A stretch of 64,000 nt of DNA from Enterobacter phage phiT5282EW: sequence record PQ352032.1. One strand, 5' to 3'. The notes beneath the pieces are model-generated. The model saw nothing but the letters and a program-made list of their open reading frames with translations, had not been told where the DNA came from and ran no database searches. This document shows, piece by piece, positions 51,610 to 61,203 of the stretch (position 1 is its first letter; each line of letters opens with the position of its first letter). Both the position numbers and the translations under genes were made by a program.

Positions 51610-51818
51610 TGACTGAAAAAGTAGCTGGAATGACCGCTGAGGAGATCGTGCGTTTCCTCAAAGAGTCCATCGAAAAACGTTGCGGCGAACTGCCGTCATG
51701 TTCGGAAGTGGTCTGGGACTGCGATAACTTCCTGATCAATTCGCATCAGGTTGTTGGCGATATCTGCGAGAAGTTTGGCCTGTACTCCAAGCCAGACGAG
51801 GACTGGAAAGACGAATAA
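51609..51818 (+). CDS. hypothetical protein
   Basis: 69 aa with a TAATG overlap. Confidence 0.45.
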   Translation: MTEKVAGMTAEEIVRFLKESIEKRCGELPSCSEVVWDCDNFLINSHQVVGDICEKFGLYSKPDEDWKDE

Positions 51819-52174
51819 TGGCAATGCGTGTCACTGAACCAAACACCAACGGGCGCGGAGGTAAACGCGCTCAGTATAACAAGCTGGAATCGCGGCAGCG
51901 TGCCATTGAGAATGGCGATAATACCTACTGGTCGCCGTACCCGTGCAAGCGGGCGGGCCATATTGGCCTGCGTCGCACCAGCAGCGGAAAATGTATTGAG
52001 TGTGAGCGTGCGCGTACCAAAGAGCGCAAGAAGAAGCGCCACGATGATTTCAGAGCCAATATCACCCCAGCACCGCGCAGCCTTGGCGCTTATGCCCTTA
52101 TGCGCGGTACCGACTTAACCCCGAACACCAAAAAAATGGAGCCGCAATGTCAGCCAAAGACGAAAAACAAGTGA
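51818..52174 (+). CDS. zinc-finger protein
   Basis: CKRAG...CIECERAR. Basic. TAATG overlap. Confidence 0.5.
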   Translation: MAMRVTEPNTNGRGGKRAQYNKLESRQRAIENGDNTYWSPYPCKRAGHIGLRRTSSGKCIECERARTKERKKKRHDDFRANITPAPRSLGAYALMRGTDLTPNTKKMEPQCQPKTKNK

Positions 52175-52434
52175 TTACCCAAGGGGCCGAAGGTCAGATC
52201 AATCCGGTCACAGGCCAGAAGGTGAAATTATTCATTGACGGTCAGGAGATTCAGTCGCTTCCCGCCGATGGCCTCAGCGTCGAGCTCAGCGCAGAACCAG
52301 CCAAGCCGACCGATCCGCAGCCGGGCGAGACCAAAAGTAAGCATTTTATCCGCCTGTTCCGTGGCGCGTTCTTCGGGCCAAACGCCATGCGTAACCACTC
52401 CGGCCTCAAAGTGAAGAAAGGGAAGCGCAAATGA
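52147..52434 (+). CDS. hypothetical protein
   Basis: 95-aa ORF. Confidence 0.4.
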   Translation: MSAKDEKQVITQGAEGQINPVTGQKVKLFIDGQEIQSLPADGLSVELSAEPAKPTDPQPGETKSKHFIRLFRGAFFGPNAMRNHSGLKVKKGKRK

Positions 52435-52709
52435 GCGACAAATGCCAGGTAAACGGGAAGCACCTGACGCCCTGCGATCCTCTCGCAAAGTCTTTGATGG
52501 GCCGCAATCCTACCGGGCGATCAATGGGCCTGTTTATGCCGTCCCGCGTTAACCTGACCACCCACGAGCCCGGAACGGATATCGTTCAGCTGCACTCAGG
52601 CCAGTATCTTGGTCGTGGCGTCGCGCTGAACTTCTGCCCGTTTTGCGGGGCGAGCATCAAAACGTGGGAGGCGCAGGACAGCGCGGTGAAGGTGAACTAT
52701 GAAGATTGA
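52431..52709 (+). CDS. zinc-ribbon protein
   Basis: CQVNGKHLTPC...CPFCG. Confidence 0.45.
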   Translation: MSDKCQVNGKHLTPCDPLAKSLMGRNPTGRSMGLFMPSRVNLTTHEPGTDIVQLHSGQYLGRGVALNFCPFCGASIKTWEAQDSAVKVNYED

Positions 52710-53256
52710 AGACACCCAGACGCGCACCATCAAGATCTGGGATCTGCCGGAATACTTCGACATCATCCTGGTGAATATCAGCAACACTTATCCCGGTGCC
52801 GGGCGTCTGACGCTTACCGCCGACAGCGACAGCTGGAGCCACTACTGGAGTGCTATGGGTGAGGATCGCCCGCTGGAGCAATTCCTGCTGGACACCAACG
52901 TGGATTACATCGTCATGAAGCTGGGGAACGGCATCAGCAGCACGCTGGATGAGCGCGACGATGAGCAGTGCGCCAAAGCCATCCAGCGCGCGATCCTCAA
53001 AGCTCGTCGGCGTGGAGACATCACGGCGGCAGAAGCGCATCAGGCTTACTTCGACATCGAAGGTTGCGAGAATATTTATAACCGCTGGGTGTATACCGAT
53101 GATTTTTATGCCTGCGGTCGCGTTGACGATGACGATATCAAATGGCCTGAGCCACCATCTAACCCGGCATATGAGCGTCTGGAGTATGCCGTCACCAAAA
53201 TGCGCGAAGCGCTTACCCAGTTGAAGGAGAAAACCGATGCCACTGCCACCGTTTAA
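52699..53256 (+). CDS. hypothetical protein
   Basis: 185-aa ORF. Confidence 0.5.
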   Translation: MKIEDTQTRTIKIWDLPEYFDIILVNISNTYPGAGRLTLTADSDSWSHYWSAMGEDRPLEQFLLDTNVDYIVMKLGNGISSTLDERDDEQCAKAIQRAILKARRRGDITAAEAHQAYFDIEGCENIYNRWVYTDDFYACGRVDDDDIKWPEPPSNPAYERLEYAVTKMREALTQLKEKTDATATV

Positions 53257-53656
53257 TGACACATTCCCTCGCGTATCAGTTGAGGTCAGCGAACTGAATC
53301 AGCTGCGGGCCATCAGGGACGCCGCCATGCAGCTGCTGCGCTGCAAAGGTCGCTACCACTCCGAACTCAATTACAAAGCGCTGGCTGAGGCGCTGGGCGT
53401 TACCTCAATCCCTGACGTTAGCCCGTGGCATGACCGAAATAAAACCCAGCCTATCCTGCCGGAATCACAGGTGGCCGGAGGTGACATTCTTGATGCGGTT
53501 CCGGTACTGACGCGCTGGAAAGGGCAGCAGCATCCCTCCGTCGGCTACTATATTGGCAATAACCAATTCCAGCACGCTGACGGAACAATAGAGGGATCCG
53601 TTGGCTGGGGTGGCAAGGTTTACCAGTGTGTTGAGTGGCTGGAGTTGCCAGAATGA
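53237..53656 (+). CDS. hypothetical protein
   Basis: 139-aa ORF. Confidence 0.5.
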   Translation: MPLPPFNDTFPRVSVEVSELNQLRAIRDAAMQLLRCKGRYHSELNYKALAEALGVTSIPDVSPWHDRNKTQPILPESQVAGGDILDAVPVLTRWKGQQHPSVGYYIGNNQFQHADGTIEGSVGWGGKVYQCVEWLELPE

Positions 53657-53892
53657 CCGCGCGTGCGTACATGGGGCCGAAACGCCGGGATCAGTTTGTC
53701 GATCCCATACCGGGCGCAATCATGAAGGCACGCCAGATGAACATGGATGATCCTAACCACGCGCATTTCTGCGTCGTGCAGTGCCGTGGTGAGGTGCAGG
53801 TGTTACGGCATATCGACACCAGCTGGCGAGTGCTCTACAGCACGCGGCATGACGAGGAAAAGAAGACGTTCCTCAGGCAAAAGTACCATTAA
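53653..53892 (+). CDS. hypothetical protein
   Basis: Start at ATG 53653, with an ATGA overlap. Confidence 0.4.
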   Translation: MTARAYMGPKRRDQFVDPIPGAIMKARQMNMDDPNHAHFCVVQCRGEVQVLRHIDTSWRVLYSTRHDEEKKTFLRQKYH

Positions 53893-53920
53893 AAATAAAG
53901 CCCCTCACGGGGCTTTTTTT
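53892..53920. terminator. bidirectional rho-independent terminator between convergent operons
   Basis: AAGCCCC-tcac-GGGGCTT followed by T8, with an A-run on the other side. Confidence 0.7.
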
Positions 53921-56825
53921 ATAGCGGTAAATCGTCCTGCTCACCTTCGAGGTTGATACAGGCACTGATAGGGATCGTGGTGCAGCGGTACTGTCTGTTA
54001 TCGGCACCGACGCGCAGTTGCACGCTCTTTTCAGCGCCTTTGATACGGGACAGCTGCCCGCGCAGGTTGGTGGCAAATGACGTGTCAGAGATCAGCTTCT
54101 TCATTTCCGGCATTGGCGTCGAGGTGAAGCCTACGCGCTTGGTCTGCATATCGTACTTGATGCCCAGATTCGCCAGCAGGTCGCGTGACTCATTCGGCAG
54201 CAGCCCGGCAGGAATGTTAAAGCTGCTCAGGCGACCGTGTTCACGCGCGTAGACATCCACCAGCAGGGTTTTAATCTGGAACATAATGCCGCCGCCGCTA
54301 CGGATCTGGCTGTCCAGAACGTAGTTGAGCGCCTGCGTGGCATCCTCATCGTCTTTGTTCGGCTGGTTGTCAGTCCAGTCAAATTGATTGAGGTAGTCCA
54401 GCGCCTGCTCCGGCGTAGGGGCCTCATCGTGATCCAGCATGTAGTCACCAGCCATGAGTGTACCCAGCTGGTCAGTGTTACGCTGATTAACGAATGCCTT
54501 AACGCCGACGCGACGGAACACTGCGACGGCTTTCAGGATCTCCGGCATCAGCATAACGCTGCGGGACACCCAGCGATCAGGGAATGATTCATCATCCTGA
54601 TACTCGCGCATGATGGCGTCGGTCTTCTCCCAGTCATCCTTTGTGGACTCCTCGCCGTCGCCAGCGAGCAGATCCAGAATGGTGAAACGGTCAGAGTCGG
54701 CGCGTTTATCAATCGCCACGTTGATGGAGCCCATACAGAACATGGACGGCACCAGATAGCTTTGCTCGTCGCCATTTGCTGAGCCGCGTGCTGTTTTCGC
54801 GCCGGAGTCACTGGACGCCTGACGGGCCATAGCCATGATGGCCTCATTCTTCTGGCGCTCGCGCTTGTCGTTACTCTCAAATTCATCGACCACCACAGGC
54901 AGCGCGGAGGACTTGAGCGACTGGCGGATCCCCGCCTCGGAGGAGTTACCAAGGAAGAACAGACCAGCGCCGTCCAGCAGCCAGTCAGCGAAGAATTTCA
55001 GGATAGTTGATTTACCTGAGCCAGCCGGGCCAGTTACCCACAGGTGAGGTCTCCATGGCAGCACGCCGCAGATAGGAGCGAGGAAATACCAGCCCGCGAG
55101 CAGGTTAGCGAAGTGAGGACGCTCCCAGCGCAAGCGCTGCGCCAGAGCACGGATTCCGCCAGCCTGATCGACGGTTAGCGGCGTCATCATCTGCACCAGC
55201 TGAGGCGCGATCTGGTAAACGTATTTCCCCTGGATAAAGCGCAACGGCGTTACCTGTCCGTTCACCAGCGCCTCGGTGCCAAAGTGGTAAATCAGGTTCT
55301 TCCCGTCGCGCCATGCGCCCGGCGCACGTACCATAGATTCATCATACGGGCCGATAGCCGCAGCGGTCTCAAAGATGTTGCTGACAGCCATTGCTTTATC
55401 GAATCCGGCCTTACCTGACACCGGATAAGTCTGCTCCCAGTACGATAGCGGGGCCAGCGAGCACATCATTGCCTCAGAGAAGCGATGAATAGGGATCGAG
55501 GACACGATGCGCTTTGCGTTGATGTAGAAATAGTAACTATCACCACGATAGCCCAGCGTGCGGAAATACTGGTTTTTGGCGATGTGAGTTTTGCGGTAGA
55601 GCTCGCGCTCCTGCTCCTCTTTGCGGGCTTCCTGAGACCAGAAAGGCTCGGCTTCGGCCTTGGTCTCAGAATCGGCCTGAGGCGCGGCAGATTCATCAGA
55701 ATCATCCCACATATCCGGCTCAGGCTCGACCTTTGGGTTAAAGTAGGCGTCGAACTGCGCGGCTACTACTTCCAGCCCTTCCCGGCAGTGCAGATCGTTG
55801 AAGTCGGTCGGGTTGCCTTCGAGATCAGCGAAGTCCGGCAGGATGAAGTCACAGCCCAGAATGCCAGCCGCTTCGTTGGCTTTGCGGTTGCCAGCGTTCG
55901 ACGGCACGCCGTTGATGATGGTGAACTGGTCATTGTCCCCGGCGATAAGGAAGCGCGGATTTTTGCCTGATTTCTTCGTCTTATCGCGCAGCGCCTTGGC
56001 TACGTTGACGAGGTTGCCGGAGTCAAAAGTGACAATGACTGCGTGCCCGGTCGCTTCGTGGATGGATGCACCAGTGGCGTAGCCCTCGCACAGGATGAAG
56101 ACCGCCCGACCGTTGATAATCTGCGGCTTACCGATCATGAAGTAGCGCCCGATCTTGGCTCCGCCCGGCAGGAATAATTTGTTTGTCTTGCCCGCTGGTA
56201 CCGCTGACGGCGGCACGATGGCCTGAATAGACCAGACCTTATTCGGGTTGAACACGTCCACCAGCTTAATGAGCAGCGCCGTATCGGTCAGCTTCTCCCA
56301 GTGTCCCTTCTCCTCGTTTTCGGTTGGGTGTACCCATACCGACCATGGCCCGCAGCGCAGGCCATAGGCTTTCACCTGCTTGGCTTTCAGGTAGTCGTGG
56401 TCTGCTGGCACGTCTTCGCTGGCAGCATCCCAGATATTCGTTGCGATAACCGATTTCTTTTCTTCGCGCTCCAGACGCTCTTTCTCACGGATCGCGTCGC
56501 GCTCGGCGCAGGCTGCTTTAAACGCGGCCTTTTCCTCAGGAGTCAGCGGGGCAAAGTTGCCGTCCATCTGCCACTGGATGCCTTTTTCGTCGGTCGTGCG
56601 GAAGTCTCCGAACACACCAGCCGGGCGATCATCGTAATAAAGTTTGTACCAGCCCGGTTCACCATGTTTGGCACTCTCAGGGCGGAAGCGTTGAGGCGGG
56701 GAGCCGGGCAGCGACGGGACGATCTCGCCGTGGTATTCGATACCAGCGTCGAACATGGCTGCGCGGAATGTTTCGATTACTTCTTGTAAGGATGGTCTCG
56801 CAGTGTATTGAGGTTCGTTAGCCAT
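53919..56825 (-). CDS. DNA primase/helicase (TOPRIM + D5/P4-alpha-like P-loop NTPase)
   Basis: Toprim motifs (ILCEGYATGASI, AGDNDQ). P-loop VTGPAGSGKST. 968 aa. Confidence 0.8.
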   Translation of the reverse strand: MANEPQYTARPSLQEVIETFRAAMFDAGIEYHGEIVPSLPGSPPQRFRPESAKHGEPGWYKLYYDDRPAGVFGDFRTTDEKGIQWQMDGNFAPLTPEEKAAFKAACAERDAIREKERLEREEKKSVIATNIWDAASEDVPADHDYLKAKQVKAYGLRCGPWSVWVHPTENEEKGHWEKLTDTALLIKLVDVFNPNKVWSIQAIVPPSAVPAGKTNKLFLPGGAKIGRYFMIGKPQIINGRAVFILCEGYATGASIHEATGHAVIVTFDSGNLVNVAKALRDKTKKSGKNPRFLIAGDNDQFTIINGVPSNAGNRKANEAAGILGCDFILPDFADLEGNPTDFNDLHCREGLEVVAAQFDAYFNPKVEPEPDMWDDSDESAAPQADSETKAEAEPFWSQEARKEEQERELYRKTHIAKNQYFRTLGYRGDSYYFYINAKRIVSSIPIHRFSEAMMCSLAPLSYWEQTYPVSGKAGFDKAMAVSNIFETAAAIGPYDESMVRAPGAWRDGKNLIYHFGTEALVNGQVTPLRFIQGKYVYQIAPQLVQMMTPLTVDQAGGIRALAQRLRWERPHFANLLAGWYFLAPICGVLPWRPHLWVTGPAGSGKSTILKFFADWLLDGAGLFFLGNSSEAGIRQSLKSSALPVVVDEFESNDKRERQKNEAIMAMARQASSDSGAKTARGSANGDEQSYLVPSMFCMGSINVAIDKRADSDRFTILDLLAGDGEESTKDDWEKTDAIMREYQDDESFPDRWVSRSVMLMPEILKAVAVFRRVGVKAFVNQRNTDQLGTLMAGDYMLDHDEAPTPEQALDYLNQFDWTDNQPNKDDEDATQALNYVLDSQIRSGGGIMFQIKTLLVDVYAREHGRLSSFNIPAGLLPNESRDLLANLGIKYDMQTKRVGFTSTPMPEMKKLISDTSFATNLRGQLSRIKGAEKSVQLRVGADNRQYRCTTIPISACINLEGEQDDLPL

Positions 56826-56990
56826 TATTGTTCCTTAACAAAAATCTGACCTTATCCGCTCCATTGTGAAGATGCCGGGGGAAGGGTAAAGGAACGGAAA
56901 CCCCGCTACCCGGTAGCTAATCGGGCAGTCCCCCGGCAAATGTCATATCTGACGGGTGCTAATTTAAGCCGCTTCGCTCGGAGTGTCTAA
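56826..56990 (-). promoter_or_regulatory. structured non-coding leader upstream of primase gene (nested inverted repeats)
   Basis: GCCGGGGGA...TCCCCCGGC 9-bp stem enclosing a GCTACC-G-GGTAGC palindrome. No ORF. Confidence 0.35.
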
Positions 56991-57440
56991 TCATTTTTGC
57001 ACTTTTTTCTTATTGACGAACCACTGCTTAACGACTAACTCAGCCTCCTCCGGGCTGTTAGCGAAACCAGCGATGCCTCCGGCAGCATTCACCCGATCAA
57101 TGGTCTCCTGCTGCTCTTTTGTCCGCTTCCCACCCTCGGAGCGTTTGGCATCAAAGACGCTGTAAACTGCGATTTTGCTGCCCACCATTTCCGGCGTGAT
57201 TTCTACAGTGATATACCCGTTGAGGTCAAGCGTGCCTGTAACAGATTCGCCTGAGGTCGTGGAGAAGCCCAGAGCGATGCTGCGGGGCTGTTTGATTAGC
57301 ATCCCCTGCGGCGTCTTCGTGCAGCCGCGAGGGCCCAGCGAGGAGAGCCATGCACGCCCGGTGTTGATGCGGAAGAATCGCCCGCCAAGTTTCGACAGCT
57401 TGGCCCAGATCTGTTTTTGCGTTTCATTTTCTAATGCCAT
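56991..57440 (-). CDS. VRR-NUC-like PD-(D/E)xK nuclease (putative)
   Basis: 149 aa with LDLNGYITVEITPEMVGSK..FDAK, consistent with a D-x(n)-E-x-K pattern. Confidence 0.4.
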   Translation of the reverse strand: MALENETQKQIWAKLSKLGGRFFRINTGRAWLSSLGPRGCTKTPQGMLIKQPRSIALGFSTTSGESVTGTLDLNGYITVEITPEMVGSKIAVYSVFDAKRSEGGKRTKEQQETIDRVNAAGGIAGFANSPEEAELVVKQWFVNKKKVQK

Positions 57441-57507
57441 GGGATTGTCCTCTTGTAAAAAAGCGCCGGAGGTCGGCGCTTTGGAGTTTTATGCTGTGAA
57501 GGCCAGA

Positions 57508-58029
57508 TTAGAACGGGATATCATCGTCGAAGTCCATCGGAGGCTCAGAGCCTTGTCCGCCCTGCGTCTGGTTTTGTGGTGGACGTTGCTGCTGGCGTTG
57601 CTGCTGATTGCCCTGAGGCTGCTGCGGCTGGCCCCAGCCCCCTTGTTGCTGGCCTCCACCTTGGCCTTGTCCGCCCTGCTGGCCTTTGCTGTTCGGGCCT
57701 TTCTCGCCAAACTGGAAGGAGTTAGCGCGGATCTCAGTGATGTACTTGGTCACACCATCCTGCTCCCAGCTGCGCGTCTGGAGTTGGCCCTGCACCATGA
57801 TTTCATCGCCTTTGCGCATGTACTCGCCCACGACCTCGGCAGGCTTATTCCACAGCACAACGCGATGCCATTCGGTCTTTTCTTTCTGCTCCCCGGTCTG
57901 CTTGTCTCTCCAGCGCTCAGAAGTCGCTACGCTGAGGGTACAGGTTGCGGTGCCGTTCGGCAGGTACTTAACCTCAGGATCACCACCCAGTCGGCCCTGT
58001 ACAATAACCATGTTAATTGATGCGCCCAT
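57508..58029 (-). CDS. ssb: single-stranded DNA-binding protein
   Basis: OB-fold N-terminus ([19 protein letters not shown]...WHRVVLW), Gly/Gln-rich linker and acidic tail DFDDDIPF. Confidence 0.85.
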   Translation of the reverse strand: MGASINMVIVQGRLGGDPEVKYLPNGTATCTLSVATSERWRDKQTGEQKEKTEWHRVVLWNKPAEVVGEYMRKGDEIMVQGQLQTRSWEQDGVTKYITEIRANSFQFGEKGPNSKGQQGGQGQGGGQQQGGWGQPQQPQGNQQQRQQQRPPQNQTQGGQGSEPPMDFDDDIPF

Positions 58030-58042
58030 TTATCGTTCCTCG

Positions 58043-59773
58043 TTAGAAATATTGCGGCTCATCGCCGTTTTGTTGCGGTTTGAAATAATCCAGCACGCTG
58101 GCACCATTTTTGATAGCAGAATAGACAACGCGCATGGCGCTGATATCGTCCATAGTGAAGTTTCCTACCGGGATCCCCATGTGGGCTTCCAGCTGTTCCT
58201 CGTTGACGCCAAAGGCAGCAAACGCAGCGATCAAGCGCTCGCAGCGGTCTTTGAGCATCTGCTGCTCCTGCTCGATCTGGAGATAAACTTTCTTCATGCG
58301 GGCTTCCAGCATACGCTGAGCCCACTGCGGCTTATAACCACGCTCAGCAGCCAGCGCCAGCAGCTCGTCAAGTGTCTCAGCTCGCGCGGTCTCTTTGCGC
58401 TTCTGCGCGGACACGCGACGGGCTTCCTCCTTGGCGGCTTCCTTCTGGCGCTTCTTCATCATTTCCGGCGTCAGCTCCAGCATGTTCTCGTCGGAGTGAT
58501 CCAGCTTGAGGGCGACCGCACGCTCAATCTCCGCGCCGCAGTCCGGGCAGACCATATCGACGCCGGACGCCGGGTTATTGAGGCGGTGGATGCGCCCGGC
58601 TTCTTTGCCCTCGCCGCGATAGAAGACATAGAAGCATTTACCGCACTGCACCAGCGCACTGCTCGCGGTGCTTTTCTTCTCGGTAAAGTCCATATCGCTG
58701 TCCAGCGACCATTCGCGCTCCATTTCAGCCGGGCCGTGCTCGAAGATCATCCCGGCATGGTCGAGGACGTAGCAGCATTCTTTTCCCGGTGCCGGGCGCA
58801 GCCCGCGTCCGATAACCTGCAAATAGCTGGAGAGGGACATGGAGAGGCGCAGGAGGATAATCACCTCGATCTCCGGCACATCCACGCCCTCGATCAGGAT
58901 GCCGACGAAAGCGACCATCAGCAGCTCACGCCGGGCCAGTCTGCCCAGCACGTCAGCGCGGCGCTCGTCATCATCCTCACCGCAGAGCACTTCTGCCGGA
59001 ATGCCTGCCCGGCTGAATTCATCCGCTACGTGAGTGGCGTGCGCGATGGTGACGCACCATGCGATCCCCGGCTTGCCATAGCACTTCGCCCGGTACTGCT
59101 TAACGGCGTCGCCGTTGAGCGCTGGCGTGTCCATGGCCTCCTCAACCTGCTGCTGGTTGTAGTCACCCATCTTCGTGGTGAACTGCGAGGTATTGACGCG
59201 GGTCTCACCGACGAAATAGCGCGGACGTACCAGGAATCCGCGACGAATCAGCTCACCAATAGAGATAACCTGAATCAGGCGATCAAAGTGCCCGCCATAC
59301 TCGCGGCCCAGCGGCTTGTTATCCAGACGGCAAGGGGAGCCAGTAACGCCCAGCACTTTGGCGTTAGGCCAGTGGGCCAGAATTTTATGGTAGGTCGCTG
59401 CCGCCGACAGATGCGATTCGTCGATAACGATGATGTCAGGCGTGAAGGGGCATTTTTTGAGGCGGCGAGCCAGCGACTGAATAGACGCCACCTGCACCAG
59501 ATGATGATACTGCTCACGGTTCCCAGCCATGATAATGCCGTGGGGAATACCGAAAGCGGACATTTTAGCCGACGCCTGCTTGATCAACAGATCGCGGTGC
59601 GCCAGCACCAGCACGCGTCGGCCTTTTAATGCCGCGTTTTTGGCTATCTCGCAGAAAACAACGGTCTTACCTGCACCCGTTGCCATGACCAAAAGCACAC
59701 CGCGAACCTCGCGGAAGGCGACGCGTGTCGCGCTGACAGCATCGCCCTGATAATCACGCAGCTCAAAAGCCAT
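58043..59773 (-). CDS. SF2 DEAD/DEAH-box DNA helicase with C-terminal zinc ribbon
   Basis: Motif I MATGAGKT, motif II DESH, motif VI QVIGRGLR. CGKC...CPDCG. Confidence 0.8.
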   Translation of the reverse strand: MAFELRDYQGDAVSATRVAFREVRGVLLVMATGAGKTVVFCEIAKNAALKGRRVLVLAHRDLLIKQASAKMSAFGIPHGIIMAGNREQYHHLVQVASIQSLARRLKKCPFTPDIIVIDESHLSAAATYHKILAHWPNAKVLGVTGSPCRLDNKPLGREYGGHFDRLIQVISIGELIRRGFLVRPRYFVGETRVNTSQFTTKMGDYNQQQVEEAMDTPALNGDAVKQYRAKCYGKPGIAWCVTIAHATHVADEFSRAGIPAEVLCGEDDDERRADVLGRLARRELLMVAFVGILIEGVDVPEIEVIILLRLSMSLSSYLQVIGRGLRPAPGKECCYVLDHAGMIFEHGPAEMEREWSLDSDMDFTEKKSTASSALVQCGKCFYVFYRGEGKEAGRIHRLNNPASGVDMVCPDCGAEIERAVALKLDHSDENMLELTPEMMKKRQKEAAKEEARRVSAQKRKETARAETLDELLALAAERGYKPQWAQRMLEARMKKVYLQIEQEQQMLKDRCERLIAAFAAFGVNEEQLEAHMGIPVGNFTMDDISAMRVVYSAIKNGASVLDYFKPQQNGDEPQYF

Positions 59774-59827
59774 CTTTCTCTCCGTGAACGAGTGCGGAAT
59801 AAAGGGGGAAGGGGCCGCACCCGTGAA

Positions 59828-60169
59828 TTATTTTGCTTTCTTTTCTTCTCGCTCTTGGCGCAGGAATTCCCCGCGCTGTTCGTCGGTCATGCTTTCCAGC
59901 ATATCCCGGCGCTCCTGCTGAGCGGCTTCTACTTTTACCAGCTCGTCGATAAAGAGATCAACGACCATGATGGATTTCGGGATGCGCTCGAACCAGCGAT
60001 CCGGTGTAGAGCGGCTAACGCCCGCTCGACGGCAGAGCTCAGCAATAGAGATACCGCAGGCATCAGCACGTTTGCGGATGTCTTTAATCCTCAGGTCGAA
60101 GTCCTCAGAAAACGAGCGTTCGAACTCAGGCGCTTTAACTGGGGGCTTAATGCCTTTTCGTGGTGCCAT
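59828..60169 (-). CDS. HTH transcriptional regulator
   Basis: ISIAELCRRAGVSRSTPDRWFER helix-turn-helix. Divergent from the recombination operon. Confidence 0.55.
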   Translation of the reverse strand: MAPRKGIKPPVKAPEFERSFSEDFDLRIKDIRKRADACGISIAELCRRAGVSRSTPDRWFERIPKSIMVVDLFIDELVKVEAAQQERRDMLESMTDEQRGEFLRQEREEKKAK

Positions 60170-60237
60170 TTTATACTCCGTTTACAAATCGGCTCGATGT
60201 TATCTAATTTGCAGCGATTACGCCACAGGATTATCAC

Positions 60238-60266
60238 TTGCAGCGTCCAAAATTTGCGTATAGAAT
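60238..60266 (+). promoter_or_regulatory. sigma70-type promoter of recombination operon
   Basis: TTGCAG-CGTCCAAAATTTGCGTA-TAGAAT, with a CGTC box after the -35 as in the minus-strand family. Confidence 0.5.
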
Positions 60267-60285
60267 CGCCGTCACACCCCAAACG

Positions 60286-61185
60286 ATGGACGCTAACATG
60301 AAAACTATCGGATATTCAGAGCACCCGTTAGGCTTCGTTGATATTGATAACGACGCCTATCACGCAGGGCCGGGGGTCAGTAAATCACACCTTGACCTGA
60401 TTCGTCGTAAGTCACCGAAACATTACTGGCACCGTTACCTTAACCCAGAGCGCGAGCCTGAGGAGAAGACCGTACCCATGATCGTTGGGCAGGCAACGCA
60501 CTTTGCGATCCTCCAGCCTGAGCTCTTTGAGTCTCGCGTGGTCAAAGGGCTGGAACATGCCCGCCGTTCAAACGCAGAGAAGCAGGCATGGTCTGAGTTT
60601 GAGGCCGCTAATAAAGGCAATTACATCGTAAGCGCCGACATGTACGACCGGATCCGCTATATCCGCGACGCCGTTTGGTCAGAGCCTGAGTGCGCTGGCT
60701 TGCTGGCGGGGATCATCCCTGAGCAATCCGTATATGGTTTGATGGATATCCCGACGCTGGAAGGTGACGAGCTCGTTACCGATGAAAATGGTGTGGTGAT
60801 GCAGGGGCTGGTTAAGTGCCAGTTTGACGGCATCGCGCCGGACTTCTCTTATGCGCTCGACCTGAAAAGCACGGAAGATGCCAGCGAGGAGGGCTTTGCC
60901 CGCTCCATGGCTAACTACCGTTATGACGTGCAGGATGCCTGGTATGAAATGGTCAGCGAATCGGCCTTTAACCGCCACCCTGAGGAATTCATTTTCCTGT
61001 GTTATGAGAAAGAGCCGCCTTACGTGTCCGGGATCTACTGGTGTACTAAGACTGACCGTATGCTGGCATCACAGGCCGCACGCCGCGACTTTGCGAAAAT
61101 TGAGCATCATCGCCGCCTTGGGGTATGGCCTCAGTACAGCGCCACACCTCGCACTATCAGCCTGCCCGGCTGGTATCGTCGTTAA
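60286..61185 (+). CDS. PD-(D/E)XK family exonuclease (phage recombination exonuclease)
   Basis: QFDG...ALDLKST catalytic pattern. First ATG downstream of the promoter; an alternative ATG is at 60298. The track start is TTG at 60238. Confidence 0.6.
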   Translation: MDANMKTIGYSEHPLGFVDIDNDAYHAGPGVSKSHLDLIRRKSPKHYWHRYLNPEREPEEKTVPMIVGQATHFAILQPELFESRVVKGLEHARRSNAEKQAWSEFEAANKGNYIVSADMYDRIRYIRDAVWSEPECAGLLAGIIPEQSVYGLMDIPTLEGDELVTDENGVVMQGLVKCQFDGIAPDFSYALDLKSTEDASEEGFARSMANYRYDVQDAWYEMVSESAFNRHPEEFIFLCYEKEPPYVSGIYWCTKTDRMLASQAARRDFAKIEHHRRLGVWPQYSATPRTISLPGWYRR

Positions 61186-61203
61186 TTTAAAAGGAAGCCC
61201 ATC

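Noticed and set aside
57686-59629. 647-aa plus-strand ORF
   Set aside because: Lies entirely antisense to the SF2 helicase gene, which has clear Walker/DESH motifs. It is an R/L/H-rich GC-skew artefact with no RBS.
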